Source of the DNA: a virus
Virus record (IMG/VR): IMGVR_UViG_3300037502_002391
Location: 18,256 to 82,255 of that record
DNA length: 64,000 nt
Direction: 5' to 3' (one strand)
The notes beneath the pieces are model-generated. The model searched no databases. It worked only from the letters and a program-made list of their open reading frames with translations, and was not told where the DNA came from. Numbering within the stretch: position 1 is the first letter of the stretch; every line of letters starts with the position of its first letter. The translations under genes were made by a program, and so were the position numbers. Below, in pieces: positions 29,005 through 39,019 of this stretch.

Positions 29005-29970
29005 TTATTCTATACTATTTATTATTGTTAATTGACAACCATACTCTTCAGTATTATTAAGAGACACATTGCTAGTTGCACCCCCAATTGCTAAACTACA
29101 ATTTGATGAACCAGATCCAATTGTTCCACCACCTAAACTTTGCCTTGGACACAATAATCCTGTCCTAGAAGACCATATTGAACCATCATAGTCTTCAGTA
29201 CAACTAAGCATACTCCCATTTGTACCACCATAAGCAACTCCATCAAATTCATATCCAGAGGATGCTAAACATTCCCTAGCTGTTATTAATACACCACCAG
29301 ACGCCCATGATGTACCATTAAATTCTTCAGTACATGATACATAAGCATTAGTAAAACCACCTGTAACCATAGCTTGGGTTGGTACTCCAACACCAGTTAA
29401 ACTTCTTCTAGCTGTAATCATTGCAGTACATGTGGACCAAGCATTACCATTATATGCTTCATTACATGATACATTAACATTAGTAAAGCCACCAGCAAAA
29501 TAAGCTGAATTTTGTGCACCAGCACCTGCTGCTAATGATCTCCCATTAATTAATATCCCACCATTAGTCCATGTTGCACCATTATATTCTTCAACACACC
29601 TAAGCGAAGGATTACCACCAATTGCTAAACCTAAATTTTGAGTCCCAGCACCTCCTAAACGTGACCTAGCAGTTATTAATGCACCACCAGATGCCCATGT
29701 TGACCCATTATATTCTTCAGTACATGAGAGGTTAACATTTGTATATCCACCTATTGATAATCCTGCATTTTGTTGCCCGCCTCCGGCTAAACGTCTTCTA
29801 GCAGTTATTAATGACCCTCCTGTAGTCCATATTTTTGATGTAGATGTGCCACAATATGAAAAAACTGGTCTTTTATTAGTAGTATCAAACCACATACAAA
29901 CAGTATCTGTGCATATTGTTGCTGGTCTATTTGCCACTCCAACTATTTCTGTGCTTTGTAATTTTGCCAT
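29005..29970 (-). CDS. Kelch-like beta-propeller virion protein, paralog 2
   Basis: Same repeats and N-terminus as paralog 1. Confidence 0.75.
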   Translation of the reverse strand: MAKLQSTEIVGVANRPATICTDTVCMWFDTTNKRPVFSYCGTSTSKIWTTGGSLITARRRLAGGGQQNAGLSIGGYTNVNLSCTEEYNGSTWASGGALITARSRLGGAGTQNLGLAIGGNPSLRCVEEYNGATWTNGGILINGRSLAAGAGAQNSAYFAGGFTNVNVSCNEAYNGNAWSTCTAMITARRSLTGVGVPTQAMVTGGFTNAYVSCTEEFNGTSWASGGVLITARECLASSGYEFDGVAYGGTNGSMLSCTEDYDGSIWSSRTGLLCPRQSLGGGTIGSGSSNCSLAIGGATSNVSLNNTEEYGCQLTIINSIE

Positions 29971-29976
29971 AATATT

Positions 29977-30990
29977 TTAATGATAATTATCTCTTATACC
30001 TGTTGCTGTTTTTGTAAATTCCTCTGTATTAGAACTTGAACCTGTGTTAGATTGCCCACCAGCAACTAAACCAGAACTATCTGAACCAGCACCACCTAAA
30101 AAAGTTCTTGCTGTTGAAATTGCTGCACTTGCTGTTGACCATACCAATCCATTATATTCTTCGGTACATGTACATCTTGTACCAGATGAAAAATGAACAC
30201 TATCTCCACCACCAACAACAACTGCTGTATATCTTTGACCAAATCCAGTAAGACCTGTCCTAGATGTTATTAAAGAACCACCAACACACCAAGACACACC
30301 ATCATATTCTTCAGCAATTGCTGTAATAGTAGGTGTAAGACTTCCACCAGCAAAAAGTGCTTGATTTTGTGTTCCAATTTCTGCTCCACTAGATCTTGCA
30401 GTTATTAATGAACCACCTGCTGACCAAGATGTCCCATTATATTCTTCAGTACATGATAAAGCATTTGTTGCCCCCACGCTTACATTTGTTGAGCCCCCAG
30501 TAGCTAATCCAACATTTTGTGAACCAACAACACCAAGTGTATTTCTTGCTGTTATCAATGCACCACCAGATGCCCATGTTGTACCATTATATTCCTCAGT
30601 AACACTCAAAACACTTACTGAACAAACACCTCCACCAGTTGCTAACCCTTCATTTTGTGTCCCTGCTGAACCTAAAAAACCTCTTGCACATATCATATTA
30701 CCACCAGCAGCCCATGATGTTCCACCATATTCTTCAGTAGAATTATATACTTGTGTTGTTCCAGTTGACCCCCCCATAGCCAAAGCTAAATTTTGTGTTC
30801 CAGTTGCACTTAATGAAGCCCTAGCAGTAATCATTGTACCACCAGCAGCCCAAGTACCACCAGTAAACCCTGAATATGATACAACAAATCTATCACAAGT
30901 TGTATTAAACCACAAACACATTGTATTTGCACATATTGTTGCAGGTCTATTTGCTACTCCAACTATTTCTGTACTTTGTAATTTAGCCAT
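29977..30990 (-). CDS. Kelch-like beta-propeller virion protein, paralog 3
   Basis: Same repeats and N-terminus; TATTTATA box upstream. Confidence 0.75.
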   Translation of the reverse strand: MAKLQSTEIVGVANRPATICANTMCLWFNTTCDRFVVSYSGFTGGTWAAGGTMITARASLSATGTQNLALAMGGSTGTTQVYNSTEEYGGTSWAAGGNMICARGFLGSAGTQNEGLATGGGVCSVSVLSVTEEYNGTTWASGGALITARNTLGVVGSQNVGLATGGSTNVSVGATNALSCTEEYNGTSWSAGGSLITARSSGAEIGTQNQALFAGGSLTPTITAIAEEYDGVSWCVGGSLITSRTGLTGFGQRYTAVVVGGGDSVHFSSGTRCTCTEEYNGLVWSTASAAISTARTFLGGAGSDSSGLVAGGQSNTGSSSNTEEFTKTATGIRDNYH

Positions 30991-31004
30991 AATGAACTAT
31001 ATAT

Positions 31005-31012
31005 TATAAATA
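31005..31012 (-). promoter_or_regulatory. TATTTATA box, candidate late promoter
   Basis: 14 nt upstream of ATG at 30990. Confidence 0.6.
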
Positions 31013-31022
31013 TACTCAAATA

Positions 31023-31844
31023 TCATTTATAACCAAAAAAATCATAATACCATTGATATGTTTCTTTTATCATATCAATAGTGTATTGTCCCAAAATTTG
31101 TTTTGAGTCATTTGGTAACATTTCAAGTTTATTTCTTATAATATGATCACCATATATACCATGAATTGTATCATTCTCTATGGTTATTTGATTTATGTGT
31201 TGGAAATTATGTTTGTACTCATTTACCTCTAAATATTGATATATGGTTTTCATTACACTTTCTGGATTATTACATAAATCCTCATATCTAATGAATAAGA
31301 AATTTTTTGCTGTACCATCTAACAATGTCTGTTGTAATTTTTCAATAGAATAACCTAATGGATGTCCTTGTGCCCATAATTCAACTCTCTTATGTGTTGT
31401 TGTTCCTTTTATTTTAATGTTATCCATTAAACCATCATCTTTATCAGGATTTAATCTAAATTTTTTTTCAAATGATGCAAATATAGATGGAAGATTTCTT
31501 ACCATATATATTATTTTTGGATTTTCCACTATATTGGATAATAAATTATAATAAAACCCCCAAACTCTATTTTTATCTAAATAATATGGTTTTGTTGTTT
31601 GTGATTGTATGTATCCTTTTATTCCTTCTGAACAAAATTTATAGAATCCATTTTTCCACATTTTTGTATCACCTGCCTTTGATTCATGATTTTGGTTATA
31701 TCCAATTCTTGTACCTAGCATTAAATCAATAAGACCTGATGTTGGTGTTACATAAAATTCTGGGTTTTGACCTATTAAATTTTGTAATAATGTGCTACCA
31801 CTTCTTGGTAAAGTGGAGTTAAAAAAAATCTTTTGGTTATGCAT
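31023..31844 (-). CDS. PAPS-dependent sulfotransferase family protein
   Basis: 5'-PSB LPRSGSTLL, DKNR.W, 3'-PB VRNLPSIFAS, IRYEDL; probable start MHNQK at 31844. Confidence 0.88.
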   Translation of the reverse strand: MHNQKIFFNSTLPRSGSTLLQNLIGQNPEFYVTPTSGLIDLMLGTRIGYNQNHESKAGDTKMWKNGFYKFCSEGIKGYIQSQTTKPYYLDKNRVWGFYYNLLSNIVENPKIIYMVRNLPSIFASFEKKFRLNPDKDDGLMDNIKIKGTTTHKRVELWAQGHPLGYSIEKLQQTLLDGTAKNFLFIRYEDLCNNPESVMKTIYQYLEVNEYKHNFQHINQITIENDTIHGIYGDHIIRNKLEMLPNDSKQILGQYTIDMIKETYQWYYDFFGYK

Positions 31845-32475
31845 ATCTTCCAAATATAATTTCAGAAATTGTTTCTTTATCCCCCAATGTTCCTTTTGTT
31901 AAAGCATTCACACCTAATGCTTTCCTTACTCTATTTGTTCTATTTGGTGGAACTCCATGTGTTAGCCAAGATGGAAATATTATAAAATCATTCTTTTTTG
32001 GTGAAAAATATACCTCTTCTTGTGAAAATAAATGATTTTGATAATCATCAAGTAATGATGGTTCAAAATATGATCTATTAAATGATTTTACTTCTTTAGA
32101 AAAACATATGGCAGCATCATCCTCATGAGCATCATAATAAAAAACACCTGCTAGAATTGTGTTTGGATGTGTATGTGCTTTATGAATTTGTCCTGGTTTT
32201 TTATATGTCAACCATGATTGAGCAAATTGTAAATCTTTATAATTATATCTCATAACATTTGTTGCAAATTCTTTAAAACAAGACATAAAAAATAAATTTA
32301 AGTCATCACATATTGGATTGTCCAATATGTAACTATTTTTTGATATCATACCATACCCATGACCTGTTTCAGACATTTCACAACTATCAAAATAATTAAT
32401 AACATCATCTATGTTCCCACCATAATTTTTAACATATAATGGTGTTGGGAATAGTGAAAAAACTTGTGCATCCAT
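31837..32475 (-). CDS. putative 2OG-Fe(II) oxygenase (TIGR02466-like)
   Basis: LFPTP, SW, HTHPNT, GVFY, IFPSWLTHGV, R.ALGVN. Confidence 0.85.
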   Translation of the reverse strand: MDAQVFSLFPTPLYVKNYGGNIDDVINYFDSCEMSETGHGYGMISKNSYILDNPICDDLNLFFMSCFKEFATNVMRYNYKDLQFAQSWLTYKKPGQIHKAHTHPNTILAGVFYYDAHEDDAAICFSKEVKSFNRSYFEPSLLDDYQNHLFSQEEVYFSPKKNDFIIFPSWLTHGVPPNRTNRVRKALGVNALTKGTLGDKETISEIIFGRYA

Positions 32476-33071
32476 TATTTATCTTTTGGTACAAAATTAA
32501 ACGCAATTGAAATCCTTTCTCCATCTGAATTGTTGGTTTCAACATGATGCCTTACCCAACTTGGGAATATATAAAATAAAGATTCTATTGGTTTTTTAAT
32601 AGCACCAAATGAATTTGATTTTGTTGTTATTCTTTCCACATCAGATTTTAAAAAATATTCCGCAGTATCTCCTCTATGAAGAACTAAATCACCCATATCA
32701 CTAAAAGGTACTGAAACATAGTAAACACCAGATAAAATACTACTCTGGTGATCATGCTCCAAATTATAATTTCCCTTTTGATTGATGTTAACCCAAAAAT
32801 TACCTAATTTTAAATTTGGAACACCAATGTGTTTATAACAATTCTCATTAACAAAAATTTCAAGATTATTAAATAAATTTAATAATTCCTTTGGTAAAGG
32901 TAAAACAATATCACTACTATGCCAACCACCTCTATTTGATATTGTTGCACCTTTTGTATTTTCTTTTAACCATAAACAATATTCCTTAATTTCCTCATTG
33001 TTTATGTCTTTTACTTCAGATTCCCATATTGGTGTTGAGAACCATAATTCTTCATGTGTTATAATTTTCAT
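32475..33071 (-). CDS. putative 2OG-Fe(II) oxygenase (TIGR02466-like)
   Basis: SNRGGWHS, WVNIN, HDH, SGVYYV, FPSWVRHHV, RISIAFN; probable start at 33071. Confidence 0.88.
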   Translation of the reverse strand: MKIITHEELWFSTPIWESEVKDINNEEIKEYCLWLKENTKGATISNRGGWHSSDIVLPLPKELLNLFNNLEIFVNENCYKHIGVPNLKLGNFWVNINQKGNYNLEHDHQSSILSGVYYVSVPFSDMGDLVLHRGDTAEYFLKSDVERITTKSNSFGAIKKPIESLFYIFPSWVRHHVETNNSDGERISIAFNFVPKDK

Positions 33072-33649
33072 ATATCTATATGTGTGAACCAACCAGTTAA
33101 TATATATTTTGTTTGCGTGGGAGATGAAACTCCTCTATGCAAATGTGTCCAATCAGATGGCCATATCAATAACTTTCCTCTTTCTGGTGATTCAAAATGT
33201 TGTTGATAAAAAAATTCTGTTTCACCTCTATCTGTTAATGTATTCAAATATATCATCCAAACTAAAAGTCTATCAGAATGTTTTTTCCCAGCTCTTTCAC
33301 AATGCCAACCAAGAAAACCCTCATTTGGTTCATATTTTTGCATATTAAAATAGGCATATAAATCAATTGGATCCATCTTTTGCATTGCTGTTGAATGTCT
33401 ATTTAAATAATCTAATACACCATTTTTAACTGTAATAACAACCTCATCCAATAACATACCCCAAGGTTCTTTATTTAAGAAAGATGGGTCAAATGTTATG
33501 TCTGTTGATTTTTTATCACTATCAGATGATATACCTGTTGGACCATATAAAACACCTGGTTTTTTTAAATCTGATTGTTCAAATGCATTAATCAAATTAT
33601 GGCAAGTATTTATAGATAAAGCATTTTCTTTACGATATATGAAATTCAT
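33068..33649 (-). CDS. 2OG-Fe(II) oxygenase, prolyl 4-hydroxylase-like
   Basis: QKYEP..GF..WHCE, WMIYLN, GETEF, WP..WTHLHRG, KYILTGW. Confidence 0.88.
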   Translation of the reverse strand: MNFIYRKENALSINTCHNLINAFEQSDLKKPGVLYGPTGISSDSDKKSTDITFDPSFLNKEPWGMLLDEVVITVKNGVLDYLNRHSTAMQKMDPIDLYAYFNMQKYEPNEGFLGWHCERAGKKHSDRLLVWMIYLNTLTDRGETEFFYQQHFESPERGKLLIWPSDWTHLHRGVSSPTQTKYILTGWFTHIDI

Positions 33650-33652
33650 ATA

Positions 33653-34336
33653 TTAATTAAGTTTGTTTTTTTTATCTTCTGGTAATTCACCCAAAAAATT
33701 TAATATTCTACCCTCACTATCTTTTAATCTATTAAAAGAAAGATATGGACCCATTGCATTCATAATATCTCCAGGTGAGGATGAATCATTCAAAGATTTA
33801 ACTCTATTTTCAAAATATTTATGTAATGAATCTGCTTGATGTGTGTTGACATCTTTGGTATCAAAAGAACCATTATCTAATTCACCTTTAATTTTACTCC
33901 ATAAGGTCAACTCTCTAACTCTATCTTTAGCAACTTGTAACATACAACTTCTATCATATAGATTCCTATCCAAATCAATATGAGCATCCATTATATCAAA
34001 TTTATTATTTTCTTCATCTTGCATTAAATCATCTATTTTTTTGTCAAGTCTTAACTTTTCAACTGTATTCTTCCTTAAATCAAAAGTAAGATTCATTAAT
34101 GCATCAAAATGAGCAGACATTTCTCTAACAGATTGCCAATATTTTGAGGCAATTGTAGGATGTTTTGCATCATTTAAAACTGAAAACCTCATTTCAGTTT
34201 CAGTTCTAAAAATTTGTTTTTTATGCCAATTGTCAACTAATTCATCTTTTAGTGTTAGAATAGTGTTAACATCTTCTTCATTTAGAATGCTAATAATTTC
34301 TTTTAAATCTTCATTAAATTGTAATTCTTTTTTCAT
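33653..34336 (-). CDS. hypothetical coiled-coil protein
   Basis: Probable start MKKELQF at 34336; helical, charged. Confidence 0.65.
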   Translation of the reverse strand: MKKELQFNEDLKEIISILNEEDVNTILTLKDELVDNWHKKQIFRTETEMRFSVLNDAKHPTIASKYWQSVREMSAHFDALMNLTFDLRKNTVEKLRLDKKIDDLMQDEENNKFDIMDAHIDLDRNLYDRSCMLQVAKDRVRELTLWSKIKGELDNGSFDTKDVNTHQADSLHKYFENRVKSLNDSSSPGDIMNAMGPYLSFNRLKDSEGRILNFLGELPEDKKNKLN

Positions 34337-34346
34337 ATATTTTTTT

Positions 34347-34598
34347 TTAAGGTAAAATAACTTGTGGTGGATTTTGCTGTTCATTGTTTGATGGTGGTTG
34401 ATAAGATTCTGCAATTGCAGCATCAACAATTGCTTGTGCTTCTTCTTTTGTCTTTTCTACAGCACCAATTCTTTGTGGCCATATAGTATTTTCTGTTACC
34501 CATATATTTCCTGGATAACCAGAAATATGTGCAAGTTCATTGTCTTCATGGGTTATAAACCCATGACCATAGTTAATAGCATAATAATATTTTAACAT
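34347..34598 (-). CDS. small hypothetical protein, possible fibre chaperone
   Basis: Probable start MLKYY at 34598; first gene of the oxygenase/sulfotransferase run. Confidence 0.55.
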   Translation of the reverse strand: MLKYYYAINYGHGFITHEDNELAHISGYPGNIWVTENTIWPQRIGAVEKTKEEAQAIVDAAIAESYQPPSNNEQQNPPQVILP

Positions 34599-34657
34599 AC
34601 TAAGTTTTTTATAAAAAAAAATAAACACTTATAATCATAAGTAAATACTAACATAAT

Positions 34658-35182
34658 TTAAATAAATTCAACCCATCTAGCATTTTCCCTTGTAACACCA
34701 CTAATACCTTCAATTGATGATCCTGTCCAAGCATTTAATAGCAAAGCACCATCAACTGTATTGTCATAAACTTGATATCCAAAATAAATATCCACAACTG
34801 ATCCACCAGTTAATGCATTATTAAATAATGTTTCATAATTTGGTATTTGATATTGATATGTTTTGTTATTTTCACAAACATATGCAATCATGCCAAGTTT
34901 TCTTCTTCCAGAAGAAATACCATCTGAATATAGATTTATAACATTTGGTGAACCATTTGGTGCATTATAACTAAAATCAATAGGAATTGTATTTCCTGAA
35001 TATAATACTGTTCCTGTTGTCCCATTTGGTATAGTAAAATTCAAATCACTTAATTTAAATACTTCACAAAATCCACCAACTTGGAATGAACTAAAATTGC
35101 TTCCAGTATTTGAATCAGTATTAACTGAATTTGGTCCAGATAATACAACTGATGATTTTGGATTTTTATAATTAAAGCTCAT
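34658..35182 (-). CDS. putative structural protein
   Basis: S/G/N-rich, RRKLGMIAYV..KTYQY; TATTTATA box upstream. Confidence 0.6.
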   Translation of the reverse strand: MSFNYKNPKSSVVLSGPNSVNTDSNTGSNFSSFQVGGFCEVFKLSDLNFTIPNGTTGTVLYSGNTIPIDFSYNAPNGSPNVINLYSDGISSGRRKLGMIAYVCENNKTYQYQIPNYETLFNNALTGGSVVDIYFGYQVYDNTVDGALLLNAWTGSSIEGISGVTRENARWVEFI

Positions 35183-35192
35183 TAATTTATTC

Positions 35193-35200
35193 TATAAATA
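35193..35200 (-). promoter_or_regulatory. TATTTATA box, candidate late promoter
   Basis: 10 nt upstream of ATG at 35182. Confidence 0.55.
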
Positions 35201-35225
35201 TATGTTATTTTATTTTAACCATAAA

Positions 35226-38200
35226 TTAAACTGTGGTAAATGTGATTGTTGTTGTTGCTGTTATTTTATAAATGGTTGATGTTCCAACTTGTGTTACATT
35301 TGTCCCTATTACTCTATATCCATTTGGGACTTGTATGAATGCAACACCTGCCCCACCATTACAAGGGTTATTTGGACTTAATTGGGTTGAACCTCCTCCT
35401 CCATGATTAGAAATTGTAGGACATCCACAAAAAGCAAGAGATGTACTATTAGTTTTATTAACTCCACAACCACCAACGCCATAAATAGATATGGTTGAAT
35501 CAAGTGGAAGTGAAATTCCACCCTCACCAAAATATGTAGTAGGTTGTATAGAATAACCAGCTCCACCACCACTATTTTGTGAATTTATATTCACAAAATT
35601 ACCTGTTGCTCCTGAATAGTTTTGGCAACTGCTCTTTGAACCCCCACCTAAACTACCTAATCTACTTGCACCACCACCACCAAATCCAATTCCACTACCA
35701 CAAACACCTTCAATACCAACTGAACGACCACCACCACCACCAGCAGCAGATAATATCACATTACTACTTGTATCATATAATGTTGTTGTTCCACCAGTAC
35801 CACCAGGATCACAAAAACTTGAAGAGCCTGCACCTGCTGTGCCAATTATAATTGAGTGACTTGTATTTGTTAATACTGAAATACTATTTCCTGTTGCAAT
35901 ACAACCACCAGCACCTCCACCACCAAAATAACCACCAGATAAATCCCCATCAGATTTTCCACCTCCACCACCTCCACCAACAAGGTTGACATTTATGTTT
36001 ATTGAACAATTGGTACTTCCTGTTATTGCACCTGATGAATTAAAACCATAGCAAGTTCCACTTACTGAAAATATCCTTTCAGTTCCCCAAGCAGAAGTAT
36101 CATTATTGTTACATGATGTTAGTGATGGATAATAAATAGAACCATTTGAACTATTGAATGTAGAATATCTACCTACTACATAATTACTAGCCAAACAAGC
36201 TGTGCTACAATTGTTTAAACCACCAAGATCCCTACCTGCTCCAAATACTTTACAAGCAGTCAAGTTTGTTGGTGTGGTTGTTGGTGTGGTTGTTGGTGTG
36301 GTTGTTGGTGTGGTTGTTGGTGTGGTTGTTCTTGTATTAGTTGGTGTAGTGGTATTAGTCATTGTTTGAGTTGGTGTTGTTGTTGGTGTTCTTGTTGGTG
36401 TTAATGTTCTTGTTGGTGTTATGGTTGGAGTTGCAGTAGTTGATGGTGTTTGTGTTGGTGATGGTTGAGTAGGGCATGTTGTTACACTATCTATAACATT
36501 ATAAGCAAATAATCCAACATTTGGATCCCTAGACCATTCATAACAGGCAAAATCATCTGTAAATGTATTTGCTGATTCTCCATTATTTGCAAATGCTAAA
36601 TGATTAATATCACTATAATCATTCAAACAATTAATCTCAGAATTAACATCATTGTCAGAATAGTAAACTTTATCATTTATAGATAATGCACCTGAACTTT
36701 TTCTAACATATGCTGTAAATGTTGCACCACTTGCTGGACAACCATAAGTACAAGTAGCAGGTGTATTTGATGAAGCTCTAAAAGTCCTTGCATAACAGAA
36801 AATTGGTGTTGGTGTTGGTGTTGGTGTTCCTGTACTTGTTGGTGTTGTTGAAGGTGTGACTGTGTTTGTTGGCGTAACTGTATTTGTTGGTGTTGTTGTC
36901 CTTGTTGGTGTAACTGTATTTGTTGGTGTAACTGTATTTGTTGGTGTATTACTAGGTGTTGGTGGTATAGTTGGGCAACTAACTTCTATTTGAAATGTAC
37001 CATTAGGTTCATTAGTTGTAACTTGAACTATTACAGTAGTTGGCTCATTTAATGTTTTTGTAAAACTATTCTGGTATAATCCAGTGAATGTTCCTGAACT
37101 AATTACATTGGTAGAATTCCATGTTACTAAAACTGTAGTATTTACATTACTACTACAAATAACATTGATATTTCCTGTATTTAATCCAACATTATATGTG
37201 TATATATGATATGCTTTTGTTCCACCACTATTAATGATTGAAGTATTACAAACTCCAGTATAATTAATTGTTGCATATATTGTTGGTGTAGGTGTGTTTG
37301 TTGGTGTTACTGTATTTGTTGGTGTTATTGTGTTTGTTGGTGTAGATGTTTTTGTTGGTGTTATTGTGTTTGTTGGTGTAATTGTATTTGTTGGTGTTAT
37401 TGTATTTGTTGGTGTAATTGTATTAGAAGGTGTATTTGTTGGTGTTATTGTTCTTGTTGGTGTTATTGTGTTTGTTGGTGTTATTGTATTAGAAGGTGTA
37501 TTTGTTGGTGTAATTGTATTTGTTGGTGTTATTGTTCTTGTTGGTGTAATTGTATTAGAAGGTGTATTTGTTGGTGTTATTGTTCTTGTTGGTGTTATTG
37601 TATTAGAAGGTGTATTTGTTGGTGTTATTGTGTTTGTTGGTGTTATTGTATTAGAAGGTGTATTTGTTGGTGTTATTGTGTTTGTTGGTGTAATTGTATT
37701 AGAAGGTGTATTTGTTGGTGTTATTGTTCTTGTTGGTGTTATTGTGTTTGTTGGTGTAATTGTATTAGAAGGTGTATTTGTTGGTGTTATTGTATTAGAA
37801 GGTGTATTTGTTGGCGTTATTGTATTTGTTGGTGTTATTGTGTTTGTTGGTGTAATTGTATTAGAAGGTGTATTTGTTGGTGTTATTGTTCTTGTTGGTG
37901 TTATTGTGTTTGTTGGTGTAATTGTATTAGAAGGTGTATTTGTTGGTGTTATTGTATTAGAAGGTGTATTTGTTGGCGTTATTGTATTTGTTGGTGTTAT
38001 TGTGTTTGTTGGTGTAGATGTTTTTGTTGGTGTTATTGTGTTTGTTGGTGTATTTGTTGGTGTTATTGTGTTTGTTGGTGTAGATGTTTTTGTTGGTGTT
38101 ATTGTGTTTGTTGGTGTAATTGTATTTGTTGGTGTTATTGTATTTGTTGGTGTAATTGTATTAGAAGGTGTATTTGTTGGTGTTATTGTTCTTGTTGGTG

Positions 38201-38543
38201 TTATTGTGTTTGTTGGTGTTATTGTATTAGAAGGTGTATTTGTTGGTGTAATTGTAACAGTAGGAGTAATAGTTGTTGTTGGTGTAATAGTTACAGTAGG
38301 TGTTGGTGTTTTTGTTGGTGATGGTGTAATCATAGGATCAATCAACTGAAATCCACATGATTTATTTATAGATGAAAAGTATAAATCATATATACCATAA
38401 TAATACCCATCAACATTTGAATAAAAATATGGTAAAATAGCATTATTTATTATTCTAGTTCCACCAGTTTCAGGATAAAATGTAATTGTTGAATTATACC
38501 CAGAATAATTTAAAGTATCTATATATAGAACATTACTAGCCAT
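35226..38543 (-). CDS. mucin-like Thr/Pro-repeat fibre protein with C-terminal glycine-rich domain
   Basis: About 350 aa of [10 protein letters not shown] repeats, further PT linkers, Cys-rich modules, C-terminal VGGGGGGG...GGGGAGG domain. Confidence 0.8.
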   Translation of the reverse strand: MASNVLYIDTLNYSGYNSTITFYPETGGTRIINNAILPYFYSNVDGYYYGIYDLYFSSINKSCGFQLIDPMITPSPTKTPTPTVTITPTTTITPTVTITPTNTPSNTITPTNTITPTRTITPTNTPSNTITPTNTITPTNTITPTNTITPTKTSTPTNTITPTNTPTNTITPTKTSTPTNTITPTNTITPTNTPSNTITPTNTPSNTITPTNTITPTRTITPTNTPSNTITPTNTITPTNTITPTNTPSNTITPTNTPSNTITPTNTITPTRTITPTNTPSNTITPTNTITPTNTPSNTITPTNTITPTNTPSNTITPTRTITPTNTPSNTITPTRTITPTNTITPTNTPSNTITPTNTITPTRTITPTNTPSNTITPTNTITPTNTITPTNTITPTKTSTPTNTITPTNTVTPTNTPTPTIYATINYTGVCNTSIINSGGTKAYHIYTYNVGLNTGNINVICSSNVNTTVLVTWNSTNVISSGTFTGLYQNSFTKTLNEPTTVIVQVTTNEPNGTFQIEVSCPTIPPTPSNTPTNTVTPTNTVTPTRTTTPTNTVTPTNTVTPSTTPTSTGTPTPTPTPIFCYARTFRASSNTPATCTYGCPASGATFTAYVRKSSGALSINDKVYYSDNDVNSEINCLNDYSDINHLAFANNGESANTFTDDFACYEWSRDPNVGLFAYNVIDSVTTCPTQPSPTQTPSTTATPTITPTRTLTPTRTPTTTPTQTMTNTTTPTNTRTTTPTTTPTTTPTTTPTTTPTNLTACKVFGAGRDLGGLNNCSTACLASNYVVGRYSTFNSSNGSIYYPSLTSCNNNDTSAWGTERIFSVSGTCYGFNSSGAITGSTNCSININVNLVGGGGGGGKSDGDLSGGYFGGGGAGGCIATGNSISVLTNTSHSIIIGTAGAGSSSFCDPGGTGGTTTLYDTSSNVILSAAGGGGGRSVGIEGVCGSGIGFGGGGASRLGSLGGGSKSSCQNYSGATGNFVNINSQNSGGGAGYSIQPTTYFGEGGISLPLDSTISIYGVGGCGVNKTNSTSLAFCGCPTISNHGGGGSTQLSPNNPCNGGAGVAFIQVPNGYRVIGTNVTQVGTSTIYKITATTTITFTTV
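37280..38325. repeat. coding minisatellite of 18-bp (TITPTN) and 12-bp (TPSN) units
   Basis: tttgttggtgttattgtg and ttagaaggtgta units repeated dozens of times. Confidence 0.95.
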
Positions 38544-38579
38544 TTTTCATATTTTAAACTTTATAAATTTATAACAACA

Positions 38580-38587
38580 TATAAATA
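38580..38587 (-). promoter_or_regulatory. TATTTATA box, candidate late promoter
   Basis: Intergenic, 36 nt upstream of ATG at 38543. Confidence 0.45.
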
Positions 38588-38613
38588 TGTAATAACACAT
38601 AAATTATATTAGA

Positions 38614-39009
38614 TTAACAACCAATCCAATTTAATTGATTTTCATCCCATATGTAACATTCATTATCTTCTGGATATGGAATAGGTGGATTCCACAAACA
38701 ACTGAAGTCATCTAAAATCCAAGAATTAAATGGTTTTGGTGGTATAAAAGCATCTCTACTTTCATCATATGAATAACCAATTCCAGCATAATTTTTTCTA
38801 AAAGCCTTATCTTGATTTTCTGATGGTGTCATATTATCTGATTGATAATGTATTCCACCTTTTGTGTTATATGATGTTCTTTTACATATTTGATTTTTAA
38901 AATTACCATACCATAATTCTGGTTGTAAACCTTCTATTAATTCTGTTTCATCAACACCAACAATTACTTCTGTTACAATATTATTTGATAAAAATGCATA
39001 GTGTGCCAT
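38614..39009 (-). CDS. small protein accompanying the glycine-rich fibre tip (possible fibre assembly chaperone)
   Basis: Probable start MAHYA at 39009; TSYN..FRKNYAGIGYSYD..DAFIPPKPFNSW..W.PP.PYP..WDE. Confidence 0.65.
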   Translation of the reverse strand: MAHYAFLSNNIVTEVIVGVDETELIEGLQPELWYGNFKNQICKRTSYNTKGGIHYQSDNMTPSENQDKAFRKNYAGIGYSYDESRDAFIPPKPFNSWILDDFSCLWNPPIPYPEDNECYIWDENQLNWIGC

Positions 39010-39019
39010 ATAATTTAAT

